Source: an uncultured Methanosarcinales archaeon (GTDB taxonomy: Archaea; Nanobdellota; Nanobdellia; Woesearchaeales; UBA9642). Taken from it: a stretch of 28,872 bases of DNA. The notes under the pieces were generated by a model. The model did no database searches. It was not told the origin of the DNA and was given only the letters and a program-made list of their open reading frames with translations. Position numbers and translations under genes: made by a program. Position 1 is the stretch's first letter, and each line of letters starts with the position of its first letter. Below, piece by piece: positions 1 to 8,360 of the stretch. Location of the stretch: NCBI GenBank assembly GCA_964594025.1, contig CAZQLC010000003.1:1-28872 (forward strand), in the 5' to 3' direction.

Positions 1-603
1 TATAAAAAAGCAGTTTCCCTCATATTAAAAAATAGAGGGCGTTATGAAACAGAAATAAAAAATTATCTGGAGAAAAAACCCAATGATTATGTAGGAGCAT
101 TAAATTTAATTCCAAAAAAGACATTATCTATATTTATACATTCATTCCAGTCTTATATTTTCAATGAAACATTAAGGATATATATTGAAACAATCTACAA
201 AGACAAAATAAACAAAGATATTGAGGATTTTTATTATATAACATATTCAGAAGGGAAGTTCCTGTTTTTCTTACCTCCTGAAAAGATTAAAAAAGCCCTT
301 GGGCAGGATATAAACATGAAAATTCCCCTTGTTGGTTTTTCCACTGTTTTTGAAAATACTAAAATAAAGAATATTATTACAGATATTCTGAAAAAAGAAA
401 ACTTAATTCAACGGGATTTTATAATAAGGGAAATTCCTTTCCTGAGCTCTGAGGGCTCAGAAAGAAATATTATTTCCGAAGTAAGTGAGCTTGAATATAA
501 ATTTACAGATAAACTGGGTAAAAATAAAAATAATGTGTCATTAAAATTCTTTCTTCCAAAAGGAAGCTATGCCACTTTGGTAATAAAAAGCCTGTTTTTA
601 TAA
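1..603 (+). CDS. truD: tRNA pseudouridine(13) synthase TruD, C-terminal part (5'-truncated by the window edge)
   Basis: Frame 1 is open from base 1, upstream of the listed ATG at 316. It reads ...LSIFIHSFQSYIFNETL... and ends VSLKFFLPKGSYATLVIKSL; both are characteristic TruD motifs (AyQSxxFN and F.LP.GsYAT). Confidence 0.9.
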   Translation, partial: YKKAVSLILKNRGRYETEIKNYLEKKPNDYVGALNLIPKKTLSIFIHSFQSYIFNETLRIYIETIYKDKINKDIEDFYYITYSEGKFLFFLPPEKIKKALGQDINMKIPLVGFSTVFENTKIKNIITDILKKENLIQRDFIIREIPFLSSEGSERNIISEVSELEYKFTDKLGKNKNNVSLKFFLPKGSYATLVIKSLFL

Positions 604-629
604 TATAACTATAGCAGAATTATAGCCCA

Positions 630-1055
630 TTATTTGTTTTTATGATTCTTTTTAAATTTAAAATAGGCCTCTGCAATCTCTAAAGTATTGAACGCGCATT
701 TCAGTTTCCTTATTTTTTCAAGGGAGAAGAACCCTGCCCTTTGCCCCTCATTTACATTCAGCCCTTTTATCTTTAAATAAGGCTCTTTTTTTACAAAAAC
801 ATGTATATTATAATTTTCAAAAGGAAAATTGCCAAAATATTCCGGGTTTTTCAGGTCATAATTTATTTCCTCTTCTGTTTCCCTTATAACTGCCTCTTCA
901 GGAGTTTCACCTTTTTCTATCTGCCCCCCAAAAGTTGCCCAGCAATCAGGATAAGGAATAGTAGACTTATTATCTCTTAACTGAAGCAGTATCTCACCTT
1001 TTTTATTTTCAAGAATTAAGCTGCATTGAGACCTTTTTTTTATTATTTCTGCCAT
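630..1055 (-). CDS. NUDIX hydrolase
   Basis: Nudix box GGQIEKGETPEEAVIRETEEEIN, preceded by the LLQLRD...YPDCWATFGG pattern. A GGAG RBS lies upstream. Confidence 0.9.
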   Translation of the reverse strand: MAEIIKKRSQCSLILENKKGEILLQLRDNKSTIPYPDCWATFGGQIEKGETPEEAVIRETEEEINYDLKNPEYFGNFPFENYNIHVFVKKEPYLKIKGLNVNEGQRAGFFSLEKIRKLKCAFNTLEIAEAYFKFKKNHKNK

Positions 1056-1121
1056 AAAATCTCCTTTATTTTTTTGTTTGCTGTTTTTATTTATTAAGAA
1101 TATAATATTTTATAATTAATA

Positions 1122-1967
1122 TTATTTCAGAACAAAACTTTTCATAGCCTCAACAAAGTCTTCTGCATCACTGAAATAATTATCAAATTCCTCGCCCGAA
1201 ATCTGAGAAATCTCGCCATGAGTTATATTTTTGTTCATATGATAGAACTCTTTCATAATATGAATATATTTTTTGTCTATCAGTCCTGGTTTTGCCATTT
1301 TCTCATTCAGCATATCAGCAACATGCGCCGGGCTTGGGGGAACCTCATTTATGCTCATCAATGCTGCATGGGCAGCATCAACCACAGCCCAGTATAAATC
1401 AACTGTTGCCTGAAGAATATGCCACTTTGAATTATGCAGTGTTCTTGGGGCCCTGTTAAGGTAATTATTTATGGATTCAGGAGAAGGCCTTATCCTTCCT
1501 GTATATAATAAGACTTTAAGGGGATTAAAAAAACCTGTATCCAGCAAAGGAACTCCATCCCTGAGTATATTAACAGCCACAGGATCCCCTGCCCTTACAT
1601 ATTCCCAGAAACTTGAAAACCTCAGGGTTGTTATATGCAGTCTTTTGGACACCCTGGCTATAATATTTTCAACTATGATTTCATAAGTCTGCATGATTTC
1701 CCTTGTAAGCATGAGGGAAACGTCATCAATTATTACCAGTAAATCAACATCATGTTTATTTTCCTTATCCCCGCCTTTTTTACTTCCTTTTTTTTCTGTT
1801 TCATCAAGGTTTTTTCTTGCAGTGCTCCCGAACAATACTATCGCTTTTGCAAAGCCTTTTGCTTCCTTTATGAGCTGTTTTGAGAACTTATATGCAATAT
1901 CCATATCATTATCAGAATACTCAGCATGATGGTCTTCTATATCTCTTTTCTCAACCTTGAAATCCAT
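1122..1967 (-). CDS. Fused minimal nucleotidyltransferase (MNT) and HEPN-like protein, 281 aa
   Basis: Pol-beta motif VLFGSTAR...DVDLLVIIDD, then a helical HEPN-like C-terminus (DLYWAVVDAAHAALM...PPSP...ITHG). Start moved from 2093 to the ATG at 1967: a GAGGTG RBS (AAAGAGGTGGGGA-ATG) precedes it, and the longer frame runs through a TATA box and the structured element. Confidence 0.8.
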   Translation of the reverse strand: MDFKVEKRDIEDHHAEYSDNDMDIAYKFSKQLIKEAKGFAKAIVLFGSTARKNLDETEKKGSKKGGDKENKHDVDLLVIIDDVSLMLTREIMQTYEIIVENIIARVSKRLHITTLRFSSFWEYVRAGDPVAVNILRDGVPLLDTGFFNPLKVLLYTGRIRPSPESINNYLNRAPRTLHNSKWHILQATVDLYWAVVDAAHAALMSINEVPPSPAHVADMLNEKMAKPGLIDKKYIHIMKEFYHMNKNITHGEISQISGEEFDNYFSDAEDFVEAMKSFVLK

Positions 1968-2011
1968 TCCCCACCTCTTTTGAAACAGGATATTTCTTAA
2001 TATTTGTTGAA

Positions 2012-2030
2012 GTTTATAAAATTTTTTATT
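2012..2030 (-). promoter_or_regulatory. Archaeal BRE/TATA promoter for the MNT-HEPN gene
   Basis: Minus strand reads ATAATAAAAAATTTTATAAAC, with TATA TTTATAAA at 2013-2020 about 45 nt upstream of the ATG at 1967. The octamer is palindromic, so it could also act on the plus strand. Confidence 0.55.
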
Positions 2031-2184
2031 ATATGTGGTTTTGGTAAAACCCTGGGCATCTGTGTCGTGAATGGCATTGATTGTTTTTGGCAATCATGGC
2101 ATGGCCAGACGGAACTGACTTTGTTCATATACAAAGTATATGGTTAAAGTCAGTGAAGTAGAACTGGGTTTCACTAAAACATAT
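2031..2184 (+). ncRNA. Putative structured RNA or DNA element, Y-shaped three-way junction, copy 1
   Basis: Closing stems GTTTTGGT/ACTAAAAC and AAACCC/GGGTTT. Long arm 2056-2110. Arm ACTGACTTT (2114-2122)/AAAGTCAGT (2146-2154). GGA and GAA junction linkers. The core is 46/58 identical to copy 2. Strand inferred from G-U pairs. Confidence 0.55.
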
Positions 2185-2195
2185 CCTATTATTTA

Positions 2196-4124
2196 TTACT
2201 CCATTTTTACTCCTGACCACAAAGTCCAGTCCTCTGAAGGGCTGTATGAACCGAAAACATATCTTGGGGGCTCTGTTCTTCCGAAATAAGAATGCTCCAC
2301 ATCACTCCACCTTGGACCTGAACCTCCTCCACCTACAGAAGCTCCCACACTATATACCGGGCTGCCCATTGCCTCCCAAACCTTGGTTAACTGCCTTGTT
2401 GGGCCTTCACCATAAGCCTCAGAATTTATTGCTCCTTTATAGCCTTTCTTTAATAAATATTCAACAGCACTCTGCACAGGCATTACCCCCTGGCCCATAG
2501 GAATATGTGTATGGCCATAACCATAGCCGTCAACAACATGGACATTTCCGATTATGCCGGCTTTCTCCAGTTTTTCAACCTGGTCCATATACCACTTATT
2601 GAACCGTTTGTCAACATCCTCAGGATTTTCCTGTGGCCTTGCTTTGAAATGCTTCCTCCACATTCCCATATGCTGTGTATCTAATGTGGCTTTTATATGG
2701 TCTTTGGCTTCTTTCTCAGCCCCTGATTTTGAATAGCCGTAATTCCTCTGCAGCTTATCAGCCATTTCTTCCCTTGCTTCTGTGATAAAATCTATTAATT
2801 CCTCAGGATGAGCACCATAACCCATTTCAGGGAATATGTTCTCAGGAGCTATATAAATGTCCTTTTTGACAACAGGACTATTGGACTGCTTCATTGCCTC
2901 TATTCCCAAATCAGATAATGAATCAACACTTTTTTCTTTTGCATATCTTTCTATTGTTGTTACATGGTCTCTTGTCAGGGATATATCTTTTGCCTGGGCC
3001 TCATAACCTGCTGCACCCTCTTCCATATATATCAGGTTCTGGTTTATATCATCTAAATTCTTTTTCAGTATTTCCGAAGGATATTTTGTATCCGGGGGAA
3101 TCAATCCCATTAAATCATGGCCGGTCTGTCTCATAAGCTTCCATTTTTCATCCTCAGGCATTGAATCCTCAAGCTTATTATAGAAATCCAGAGCCTTTTT
3201 TATTTTTTTGGCATTTTCTTTCTGCTCTTCATATTTCTGGGAATGAAAAAGTGTCCATCCCTTTGTCTGAGCTTCCTGTGCATCCAGTGTTTCTCTGAAA
3301 AAATATTCTTCAGGAGTCAATATGTCATGAGGATGGTATTTGTTCCATTTTTTTGATTCCTCCTCAATGTCTTTCCATGTCTTGGTTTCTGTCTCAAACC
3401 TCTGCTGCTCAGAATTCCAGACAATCTTCTTTTTCAGGGGGTCTTTTTTTATATCTATATTATTGCCTTCTTCATCAACATAATCCATTGTATCTAAATT
3501 ACGCTTGTATTTGGGGACAGTAACAATCTGGCTTTTTCTTACAGACTTTATTATATCTCCTGTCCTGTCATCAACAAGATATTTTATAGCCCTTTGCTTC
3601 TCTTCTGGATATGCCTCGAAAGAATCTTTCCATTTTCCGTCCTTATTCCATCTGGCATCTTCTATAGTCCTTGGAAATTCACCTGTGTGAACAACAACAG
3701 CTCCACCCTGTGCTGCTTCTGCTGCAAACCTTATGCCTTTCCTGACTTCATCCATTTCTGTTTTTCTCATCTCTTCTGAAAATCCATTCTGCCCCAGGCC
3801 GGAAAGATTCCCGACATTTTGTGCAGGAACATGCACACTGTTTATATTTATCTCATTAGCCCTTGCAAGCTCCCTTAACTCCTCCCTTTGCTCCCTGCCA
3901 TATGACTCAAAACCTGTTCCCGGAACCTGCTGCTGACCTTCAGGAGAGGCTGAAAGCTCTATTGTTGATGCTCCCCTCCTTATCGCACCCTGTACACTGT
4001 CCCTGAAAGCACCTGAGCCCTGGCCTTCTGCCACAGTAGTTCCTATAGAAGAAACAGGAAACTCATCTTTATCCTCATAATAGTTCCTGTCCATAGATCC
4101 AAAATAGCCTGTTTTGAATTTCAT
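2196..4124 (-). CDS. Endonuclease IV / sugar-phosphate isomerase-like TIM-barrel protein (AP_endonuc_2 fold) with a large helical insertion
   Basis: Ordered metal-ligand motifs SVHVP, VVHTGE, APEN, LDTQH, VHVVD, HTHIPMGQG and NSE. About 240 charged residues are inserted between VVHTGE and APEN. Confidence 0.75.
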   Translation of the reverse strand: MKFKTGYFGSMDRNYYEDKDEFPVSSIGTTVAEGQGSGAFRDSVQGAIRRGASTIELSASPEGQQQVPGTGFESYGREQREELRELARANEININSVHVPAQNVGNLSGLGQNGFSEEMRKTEMDEVRKGIRFAAEAAQGGAVVVHTGEFPRTIEDARWNKDGKWKDSFEAYPEEKQRAIKYLVDDRTGDIIKSVRKSQIVTVPKYKRNLDTMDYVDEEGNNIDIKKDPLKKKIVWNSEQQRFETETKTWKDIEEESKKWNKYHPHDILTPEEYFFRETLDAQEAQTKGWTLFHSQKYEEQKENAKKIKKALDFYNKLEDSMPEDEKWKLMRQTGHDLMGLIPPDTKYPSEILKKNLDDINQNLIYMEEGAAGYEAQAKDISLTRDHVTTIERYAKEKSVDSLSDLGIEAMKQSNSPVVKKDIYIAPENIFPEMGYGAHPEELIDFITEAREEMADKLQRNYGYSKSGAEKEAKDHIKATLDTQHMGMWRKHFKARPQENPEDVDKRFNKWYMDQVEKLEKAGIIGNVHVVDGYGYGHTHIPMGQGVMPVQSAVEYLLKKGYKGAINSEAYGEGPTRQLTKVWEAMGSPVYSVGASVGGGGSGPRWSDVEHSYFGRTEPPRYVFGSYSPSEDWTLWSGVKME

Positions 4125-4213
4125 TTTTTATTATATTATTATTTTATATTTTATTTATTGGTTTTTCCGGGTTATATTTATGATTTAAAGTTTAAAAATC
4201 TAACCTTTTATTT

Positions 4214-4771
4214 TTATGGATAGCTTTTCTTTTTTTTATAACTCAAAGACAGATTATCAATTATTTCCTCACCCAGTGTTGCCTTGATGTTATTATAGAG
4301 ATTCTTTTCCTCGGGGGTCCACCTGTCCTCATAATTCTCATAAACAGTTCCTCCTGCTTCATTATTTGTATCTGCACCCTGATAAAAATTAGGACCTTCT
4401 TTAGGCATATCATACTGGGGCCCTGTTTTCGCACTATTATTAGATTCAGTTTCCTTGACAGCATTCTCGAGTTCACTCCCTGAATAACCAAGAGTCTCTT
4501 TTAGTATATCCTCTCTCTTTTTTCTCAATTCTTCAAGCTGTTTTAATCCTTCCTCTTCTTCCTCTGCCAATTCCTCTATGCTGTCTTCCATAAGGTGCTC
4601 TGCTTCCAGTAACTGTGATTCTTTCTTTTTACTGTCTTCTTCCAGCTGTTTTATCTTATTTCTTGTTTCGTCAATCTCTTTCCTTGTATTCTCTTCCAGT
4701 GATTTCAGCTGCTTTATTTTCTCCTCAACTGAACTAATCTCCATATTTTTGTCCTGTTTTATCCTGACCAT
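4214..4771 (-). CDS. Hypothetical acidic coiled-coil protein
   Basis: 185 aa ORF with an E/K-rich heptad pattern over the N-terminal half and a low-complexity tail. Co-oriented with its neighbours. Confidence 0.7.
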   Translation of the reverse strand: MVRIKQDKNMEISSVEEKIKQLKSLEENTRKEIDETRNKIKQLEEDSKKKESQLLEAEHLMEDSIEELAEEEEEGLKQLEELRKKREDILKETLGYSGSELENAVKETESNNSAKTGPQYDMPKEGPNFYQGADTNNEAGGTVYENYEDRWTPEEKNLYNNIKATLGEEIIDNLSLSYKKKKSYP

Positions 4772-4856
4772 TTTAAAGCTATATAATATTATCCAGTATT
4801 ATTCAAAAAAATTATAAAAAGATAAAAATAAATCAAAATAAATCCCTTGGTACAAA

Positions 4857-6350
4857 TCACGACCAATGAAGCAGTCCCCTGCTTTTCTTGAAATTCTTAT
4901 AAGTCTGCCATGCGGCTGTCTTGGCAAGCCCTTTAGCCTCACTCATGTTATTTTTCAGTTTGGTTTTTGAACTTTGTTTTGTGGGAATCAATGCACCAAA
5001 CAAGCTCCCGAAGCCTTTGAATACAGAAAGAAAAGGGTCTGTAGTTTCTTTTAGTGCTTTTGATAATTTCTTTTCTTCTTTTAATTCAGGAAGCTCTTCT
5101 TTTTTGGCTTCAGCCTCTTTAAGATACTGCTCCAGCTCCTCACCCAAAGCCTCCATTGCTGCCTTTACAGAATTGTCAATACTCTTAAGAAGCTCCATAT
5201 CCTCTTCATCTTTCATTTTCTCATACATCTCAATCTGCTCATTTGTCCATGCATAAGCCCTCAGGGTTCCTTCCACTGTTCCCATATGTAGTGGGCCTTT
5301 CTGGTATTCCTGATTATAGCTCATTGTAGGAGATGTTCTGTAAAAAAGATTAAGCAGAACAACTGACTCAAATTTGCCATTTTTATGCGGCCTTCTGGCC
5401 AAAACCTCGATTTCTGTGACTGAAGTCTCAAAAGCCCCTATGATGTCAGCGCTTTTTATATGTTTTTCTTTCATCTGCATTCTCTGTATATTCCTCAGAT
5501 AAGGCTTTACCCAGTTCATGTACATCTTTATGACATCCCAATGCTGCCTTAGATATCTCAGGGTGAATTTCTCCCTTGTATTTAACTCCTTGTATGTTGA
5601 ATCTTTCCAAACCATATATGCTTTTAATTTTCTTTTGAGCACCTCTTTTACTTTCCTGTTAAAGTCCAGTTTATCAACTTCCTTATCAACATCTTCTTTT
5701 TTATCAGGATTCACAGAAAAAAACAAATCGGGCAGGGTAGCAAAACCAACTTCCCTGGCCATGCCGTAAACTGAAGCAGGATTTTTAGAGCCGCCTTCGA
5801 CCATATCTATCCAATAGCCTTTTAATGTAATTTCAGATGCCTCATCTCCTTTCATGCTGTCATCATAATGCTCCAGCTTTTCCTTCAGTATCCTTATTTC
5901 CCTGACTAACTGGAACAGCTCTTTTACCATCTTTCCTATGACTGCCATGAAATTGCTTACTTTATCCTGCTGCATGCCAATCCTCTGCTGTGCAACGCCC
6001 CAGAATGCACTGCTCTCTGCTGCAGAAAAGACATCTGTTATCTTGTCAAAATAAGCCATTTTCCAGCTAAAGCTCAGATGGTCAATCATCCAGAAATAAA
6101 CATCCTCAACTGAAATATTGGGCTCCTGTATAATAATCCTGAATCTTGCTTCAGGTTCAGGAAATCCTGTAGGCTCCTCAAACCATAATGTGTTTTCAGC
6201 AAATTCCTGGTCTGCATGATTTTTATCTATATTTGTCTTGTCTTTTTTTAAGTAATGGCGTTTATCCTTATCAAAATTATAAAGGTCATTATATTGTTTC
6301 TTGATAAAGCCGTATTTTACAAGCCTTTCACCAGCATCATATCTGTACAT
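4857..6350 (-). CDS. Uncharacterised 497 aa protein, largely helical with coiled-coil segments
   Basis: Long ORF with normal codon pattern and an upstream TATA box. No motif I can assign. Confidence 0.8.
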   Translation of the reverse strand: MYRYDAGERLVKYGFIKKQYNDLYNFDKDKRHYLKKDKTNIDKNHADQEFAENTLWFEEPTGFPEPEARFRIIIQEPNISVEDVYFWMIDHLSFSWKMAYFDKITDVFSAAESSAFWGVAQQRIGMQQDKVSNFMAVIGKMVKELFQLVREIRILKEKLEHYDDSMKGDEASEITLKGYWIDMVEGGSKNPASVYGMAREVGFATLPDLFFSVNPDKKEDVDKEVDKLDFNRKVKEVLKRKLKAYMVWKDSTYKELNTREKFTLRYLRQHWDVIKMYMNWVKPYLRNIQRMQMKEKHIKSADIIGAFETSVTEIEVLARRPHKNGKFESVVLLNLFYRTSPTMSYNQEYQKGPLHMGTVEGTLRAYAWTNEQIEMYEKMKDEEDMELLKSIDNSVKAAMEALGEELEQYLKEAEAKKEELPELKEEKKLSKALKETTDPFLSVFKGFGSLFGALIPTKQSSKTKLKNNMSEAKGLAKTAAWQTYKNFKKSRGLLHWS

Positions 6351-6393
6351 TTTTATTCTCAGTGGTTTTTAATATTTTTTTATGGTGTTTATT

Positions 6394-6412
6394 GTTTATA
6401 AAATTTGTTTTT
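6394..6412 (-). promoter_or_regulatory. Archaeal BRE/TATA promoter for the 497 aa gene
   Basis: Minus strand AAAAAACAAATTTTATAAAC with TTTATAAA at 6395-6402. The 13-mer GTTTATAAAATTT is identical to that at 2012-2024. Confidence 0.55.
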
Positions 6413-6419
6413 TGTCCTG

Positions 6420-6559
6420 TTTGTTTTGAAAAAGTGCGTCTGTGCCTTGAATGTCATTGGTTGCCAAAGGCAATCATGGCATAGCCAGACGAAGCTTACC
6501 ACGTTCCCATAGTTTAATGTGTGGTTGTGGTAAGCGAAGCAGTATTTTTTCAAAACAAA
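6420..6559 (+). ncRNA. Putative structured RNA or DNA element, Y-shaped three-way junction, copy 2
   Basis: Perfect 14-bp closing stem TTTGTTTTGAAAAA (6420-6433)/TTTTTCAAAACAAA (6546-6559). Arm GCTTACCAC (6494-6502)/GTGGTAAGC (6527-6535). Two GAA linkers. Followed by T8 (6560-6567). Confidence 0.55.
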
Positions 6560-6595
6560 TTTTTTTTAATACCTATTATGTTAATCAATAATTAA

Positions 6596-8290
6596 TTATT
6601 TATGCTTTTTGTGTAAACCTTTTCTAAGTTTAAGCTCTTTTATATGGCCTAATTTTGTATCTATGAGTTTATCAAGATTATTTGAAACACTTTCCAGTAA
6701 AACAGAAACATGCTCCCCGCCAAGAAAATGAGGCAGTATAACATAATCTGCCCCTGCATCATATAGGGATAATGCATCCTCTACAAAAGAGGCAGTAACC
6801 ATGATTTTGATGTCAGGATTTATTTCCCTTACTTTTTTGATAAGCAGAAGGTTTTCCTCCCTGCCAGGAACAGTGCTTATAATTGTGTGGACATGAGTCC
6901 AGTTTAATCTTTCAATAATTTCAGGGTCAGCAATATCCCCGTAAATGTAATGCGTACCCATTTCATTCAGCCTTCTTATGACATCAGGATTAAAATCAAC
7001 AACAATAAATTTTTCATTTTTATTCTTAAAATGGTTCATTATTGAGTATCCTATCCTGTCAGCCCCGATAAGAACCCAGCTATAATCATAATTTTCTCCT
7101 GAAGAAACAAGCTCCCTTTTATTGGGGTTTATCTTTTCTATAAACCTGAACTTGCTTCCTATATTATAATAGAGCCAGTTGTCAAACTTTATATAATAAG
7201 AGGCAACAGACATTGTAAAGATGGCTACAAATAATATCAGGGAGAATATATGCTGGTTTATATGGTTGAGGGCAAGACCCTGCACAGCTATTATCAGTGA
7301 AAACTCTGAAACCTCTGCCAGTGATATGGATGAATTAAAAGAAGTTCTTTTTTTATAGCCAAAAAGGCTGCAGATAATGATAGTAATAAAAGGCTTAATT
7401 AATAATACAACAAAAGAAAAAATCAGAAAAGGAATTATTATTCTCTTTAATTCTGAAAACATCAGCTGCAATCCTATGGAAACAAAAAACAAGACTGAAA
7501 AAAAGTCCTTCAAAGGATTCACCCTGCCGATTATCTCAAAATTATAAGGCAGGTTACCTAAAGTTACTCCTGCAATAAATGCCCCCACAACTATGGAAAA
7601 TCCTATGTAATTAAAAAGGACTGCAAAAAGGAAGCATACAGTTAAGCTCGCAAGAAACAACAACTGCTGTGTATCTGCTGCTTTCTCAAATATTTTTGGG
7701 AATATAAACTTGCTTAGCAGAACAGCCCCTATAATTATTAACAACGCCTTGAATATTGACCCCAGAATAGGAAAAGCACTGAATTCATTTATCCTGTATA
7801 ATATAGTCAATGCAAAAATTGCCAGGATGTCCTGCATAATCAAAATACCCACAACAATCCTTCCATGCAGGGTCTCAAGCTCCTTCTTGTCCGAAAGCAG
7901 CTTCACAACAACCATGGTGCTGCTGAAAGCAACAAATAACCCTATATAAACAGAAATAATATAATTATAATTCAAGCCTAAACTTATAAAAAAACCTATA
8001 ATAAACATAATCAAAAACTGCATTATTGTGCCAAAGGTGGCAATAGAGCCGATTTCCCTTAATCTGCTGAAGTCCAGCTCCAGGCCCACAATAAACAAAA
8101 GGAAAGCAATTCCCAGTTCAGACAATGTGGATATAACATTAGAATCTGTAATCAACCCCAAAACAGGACCAAGGATTATGCCTACAATAATATATATCGG
8201 TATTAACGGCTGCCTGAGAACTTTTGCTATATATCCTCCTATTGTAGCAACAATTATAATCAGGGCAATGTCATAAAAGATGTTCTGCAT
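6596..8290 (-). CDS. CPA2-family (Kef-type) cation:proton antiporter with a C-terminal RCK/TrkA-N domain
   Basis: Many TM helices with LLFIVGLELD, AFSSTMVVVKLL, GILIMQDI and GAFIAG motifs. C-terminal Rossmann-like domain LIGADRIG...VVDFNP...YGD. Confidence 0.9.
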   Translation of the reverse strand: MQNIFYDIALIIIVATIGGYIAKVLRQPLIPIYIIVGIILGPVLGLITDSNVISTLSELGIAFLLFIVGLELDFSRLREIGSIATFGTIMQFLIMFIIGFFISLGLNYNYIISVYIGLFVAFSSTMVVVKLLSDKKELETLHGRIVVGILIMQDILAIFALTILYRINEFSAFPILGSIFKALLIIIGAVLLSKFIFPKIFEKAADTQQLLFLASLTVCFLFAVLFNYIGFSIVVGAFIAGVTLGNLPYNFEIIGRVNPLKDFFSVLFFVSIGLQLMFSELKRIIIPFLIFSFVVLLIKPFITIIICSLFGYKKRTSFNSSISLAEVSEFSLIIAVQGLALNHINQHIFSLILFVAIFTMSVASYYIKFDNWLYYNIGSKFRFIEKINPNKRELVSSGENYDYSWVLIGADRIGYSIMNHFKNKNEKFIVVDFNPDVIRRLNEMGTHYIYGDIADPEIIERLNWTHVHTIISTVPGREENLLLIKKVREINPDIKIMVTASFVEDALSLYDAGADYVILPHFLGGEHVSVLLESVSNNLDKLIDTKLGHIKELKLRKGLHKKHK

Positions 8291-8360
8291 TTGTTTTTCA
8301 ACCTCTTTTTACTCTATTTTATTTTTATGAAGGTAATATAAATAGTTTTTGGTATCTTAT

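Noticed and set aside
1968-2093. 42-codon N-terminal extension of the MNT-HEPN ORF
   Set aside because: It overlaps the TATA box and the structured element, and a good RBS precedes the ATG at 1967.
2031-2184. Y element as 5S rRNA, tRNA, hammerhead ribozyme, K-turn RNA or SECIS
   Set aside because: No 5S CCGAAC loop, no cloverleaf or T-loop, no CUGANGA core, and the strand opposite the NTGA bulge lacks the GA needed for tandem G-A pairs.
6420-6559. Y element as an integron attC site or a classical MITE
   Set aside because: The ends read GTT...AAC, the reverse of the attC RYYYAAC...GTTRRRY order. No integrase or transposase is in the window and I see no target-site duplication. A MITE origin is not fully excluded, since GTTTTG/YAAAAC ends are shared.
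6420-6559. Y element as a 5'-UTR riboswitch of the downstream minus-strand genes
   Set aside because: In both copies a BRE/TATA promoter lies between the element and the gene, and G-U pairs favour the opposite strand.
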